64,000 nt of DNA from Microthyrium microscopicum (taxonomy: Eukaryota). Shown here one piece after another: positions 61,021-64,000 of this stretch (positions are counted from its first letter, which is position 1; each line of letters begins with the position of its first letter). The translations under genes were made by a program, and so were the position numbers. Under the pieces are notes generated by a model, which was not told where the DNA came from, did no database searches, and saw nothing but the letters and a program-made list of their open reading frames with translations. The DNA lies in contig MU004241.1 of the NCBI GenBank assembly GCA_010405405.1, forward strand, positions 310,001-374,000. The letters are read 5' to 3'.

Positions 61021-62018
61021 AAGCGTTTGCTCATACAAATTCCGCGATCTAATCCCAGACTGTTGGATCGCGGATTAGGAGGTTAATGTTAGTCCTAAAA
61101 GGGAAGAAGCTAATCTAAATTAGGATACTATAAGCGATCACAACAGTCTGGGTTTCTGAGATAACAATTTGGAGTCTTGGTCTTGGACCCTTTTGATCAA
61201 ATCTTACGGCGTCAAGCCGAGAGCACTACCACTCGCGCTTCAAGGAATACCATCTTAACATTGTATCCCCGCAAGACCCTGCGGTCCGGGCCGCAGGGTT
61301 GGCTTTGTCTTCTATCAAAATGACCCACTACAGGGACTCCTAGTCGTTAAGACTTTGTGCTATGTGGCAGGCCCTACAGGAAACATGCAGTGTATCGTTG
61401 CAATTTAGAGAAGGGACAGCTGGTTGAACTTGAGGTGCATATTTCGAAAAGTATAGCTTCCGGTCACAAATTCATGTACCTTTCCTGAGTACCCTTGAAG
61501 GCAATCTGACTCAAGACCTCCAGATATTTCCTAGCGCTTATGTTGCTTAGAAGTTAGAACCTAAAGGTCAAATCCGAATCAGGCTATGTTCTGAGCTTCA
61601 GGTTCTGATTTAAGCCCCCAAGATGTGTGGTGTACTGCGGGTACGGTAAATCTACATTGTACTTTTCTTCGTGTCACAATAAGGCTGGGGTGGCTTTATA
61701 CTTACCTCTTAGGCTAGCTAAGCATTCATTTCGCTTCCTCACGATCATATGTACTGCTAATAATAGATGAAGCAATTGGTATATAGATTACTCTCGCAGC
61801 TCTGGTCAACAACGACGCACTTCTCATTCCAAGGCTCGTGTTTTGCTCTATAATATTGCTCACGTTATAACTGATCGATTTGTCACTTTAGGAACGAGTG
61901 ATTACTTTGGGCATTTTGACAGATCCACATCTCGTTGTCAGCTTTCCAAAGGTCTCTTCAGTTTTAGAAAACTGAATGTCGATCACATGAAAAGCTGTGC
62001 ATCACACTATCACCTCTC

Positions 62019-63740
62019 ATGCAGTCCCTTTTGACCCGAAGCTTACCTCTGGTTCTTAACTCGCGAATTGCGCCCATAAAATTTGGTAGAACAGTTCGAA
62101 AAATGACTACTTCAAATAGTCCCCTGGATGTTATCATCATAGGCGCTGGAATATCAGGTCTCTCCACCGCTATCGCACTGCGACGAATCGGACACAATGT
62201 CAAGGTACCTAGCAATGCGGCGCAGATATACTACGACAGACTAAATATTGTCAGATTTACGAAAGATCGAATCTGAAAAATGAGCTCGGTGCGGCAATCC
62301 ATATCTCTCCGAATGCCTCGAGAATTCTTCTCAGCTGGGATTTCGATGTCAAGCGAGCTCGATTTGTTAAAGCAATGAAAACATATATTGCTAGCGGCAA
62401 TACGCTCCAAAAATTCTACGAGGGGAGCTATGATCACGTAGAACCCACGTACGGGGCTGCATGGTATCTGTCTCATCGAGTCGATTTGCACGAAGAGCTG
62501 AAGAGGTTGGCGACAACCAGTGAAGGCCCTGGCAAGCCCGCAGTGATTATCCCAAATTCTAAAGTGGATGACTATGTTTGTAATCTCAAAGTTTCACAAG
62601 GCCCGAATCGCTGATGAAGAGTTAGGATGTAGAAGCTGGCACCATCACCTTGTCAAACTCTGAAGTGCACAAAGCAGACCTCATTGTCGCCGCTGATGGC
62701 GTTCACTCTCAGGCAACAAAACATATCCTGGGATCACTTCAGTATCCTGAGCACACGGGGCAATCCGCATTCAGGTTCTTGATACCGACTGCTGACATAA
62801 TTGCGGACCCAGAAACCGCTGATTTTGTCAAAGACGATGATGGCCGCTTCAAAGTCTTTACCGGTGTTCGAGGAAACCGAATCGTCTGGTATCCTTGTCG
62901 AAAGTATGTGTAAAATAAAACCTGCGAACTGTGAACTAACGCATTATGGCAGTAATGAGGAGCAAAACTTCGCTGCCATTTTTCATGAGGATACAAGCGA
63001 GACAAAAGAAGGTACATATTACCCCAAATATGCGAAATATAGCTCACACTTTTTGAAGACTGGGACGCGTCCGTAAGTGGCGAGAAGCTGCTTGAAGAGT
63101 ATCAAGATTTTCACCCTGCCATCCTAGCAGTTTTCCGGTAAATCAACTGATGCTATGAGACATTTCTCGACTAACTCTGTTTAGGAAAGCCAAGAGTGTC
63201 AAAAAATGGCCCTTGTTGTTTCGTGAACCATTGCCAGCTTGGTATAAATCGAAACTAGTTTTGGTTGGAGATGCCGCACATCCAATGTTACCGCGTAAGT
63301 CTAGCAGTATTCTCATATCAGGTGCAATTCATGCTAAAAGCTCTCATAGACCAAGGTCAAGCCGGAGCACAAGCGATAGAAGATAGCGTTGCTCTCGGTG
63401 TGGTCCTTAATGGGGTAACGAAGACCGAGCTACAAAATGACCCCAATGCTCTAGCAAAGAGGTTAGAACTGTACCAGACCATCCGGCGAAGACGAGCTGC
63501 GGCCATGCAGATATTCTCCAATTTCGGTCAAGATCAAGGTGATAAGTGCGCCGAGGCTGTCAAGCCCTATCACGATGGTCCAATACCCAGTAAGTCGATC
63601 AGTGATTGTCGTCGGGAAGTCACATATGGACGCTGACGCTATTATAATTCACAGTGAATCCGGCAGAGTTTATTGTTTATAACTTTTCCTATAATGTCAA
63701 AGACCATAGTGAACAAGCCTTGAAGGATGCAAAGCTCTAG
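62019..63740 (+). CDS. FAD-dependent monooxygenase (salicylate-hydroxylase-like) ending in PTS1 AKL
   Basis: [56 protein letters not shown] and C-terminus EQALKDAKL*. In-frame ATGs at 62019 and 62103; multiple introns. Confidence 0.92.
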
Positions 63741-64000
63741 ATAACCGAAGATCTTGAATATCTGAACATGTCATATAAAGTGTATATACGGCCTTTGAAT
63801 TGATTATAAACTGCAACATTATCTCCACGCCCGAGGATCTTCATGTTTTTTGATTATCTTCATATACTACTTTTCAGCTGTCATTCGAGTTAAGATGGGC
63901 TAAAGGGTCCGAGACGTAGAAATGGACTGAACTGTTGGTAGTTATTATACCTTAGCAATATATGATAAGCGTATTGCGCTCCTAAATAAACTTGGTCGCG

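Overview
Eukaryotic genomic DNA from a filamentous ascomycete (Pezizomycotina). It has short GT/GC-AG introns with CTAAC/CTGAC-type branch sites and three AT/TpA-rich tracts with a RIP-like signature. About 24 protein-coding loci can be modelled. Housekeeping genes: REX3-like exonuclease, CHO1, YPT7, THI74-like transporter, RidA, a TPP1/Est3-like telomere protein, FAB1 and MEMO1. Accessory genes: secreted hydrolases, an AA9 LPMO, GH31, two FAD monooxygenases, a Zn2Cys6 factor, two MFS transporters and F-box-like proteins. The most notable observations are: (i) two otherwise intact genes, each interrupted by one in-frame TAG at a probable Trp position (34276, 38765), which could be UAG->UGG editing/readthrough targets or recent pseudogenes, on either side of an F-box gene broken by a 7-bp duplication; (ii) two unrelated proteins with ADP-ribosyltransferase-like motif patterns, one fused to a Myb-like domain; (iii) a secreted protein with tandem SH3-like Cys modules and five HSIALAPA repeats; (iv) hidden dual-targeting architectures in RidA and in a PTS1-bearing monooxygenase; (v) a TIR-bounded, RIP-degraded MITE-like element; (vi) repeated focal C-rich to G-rich skew switches inside genes. 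No rRNA, tRNA or CRISPR array was seen. All family assignments come from motif recognition by eye; no database searches were run.
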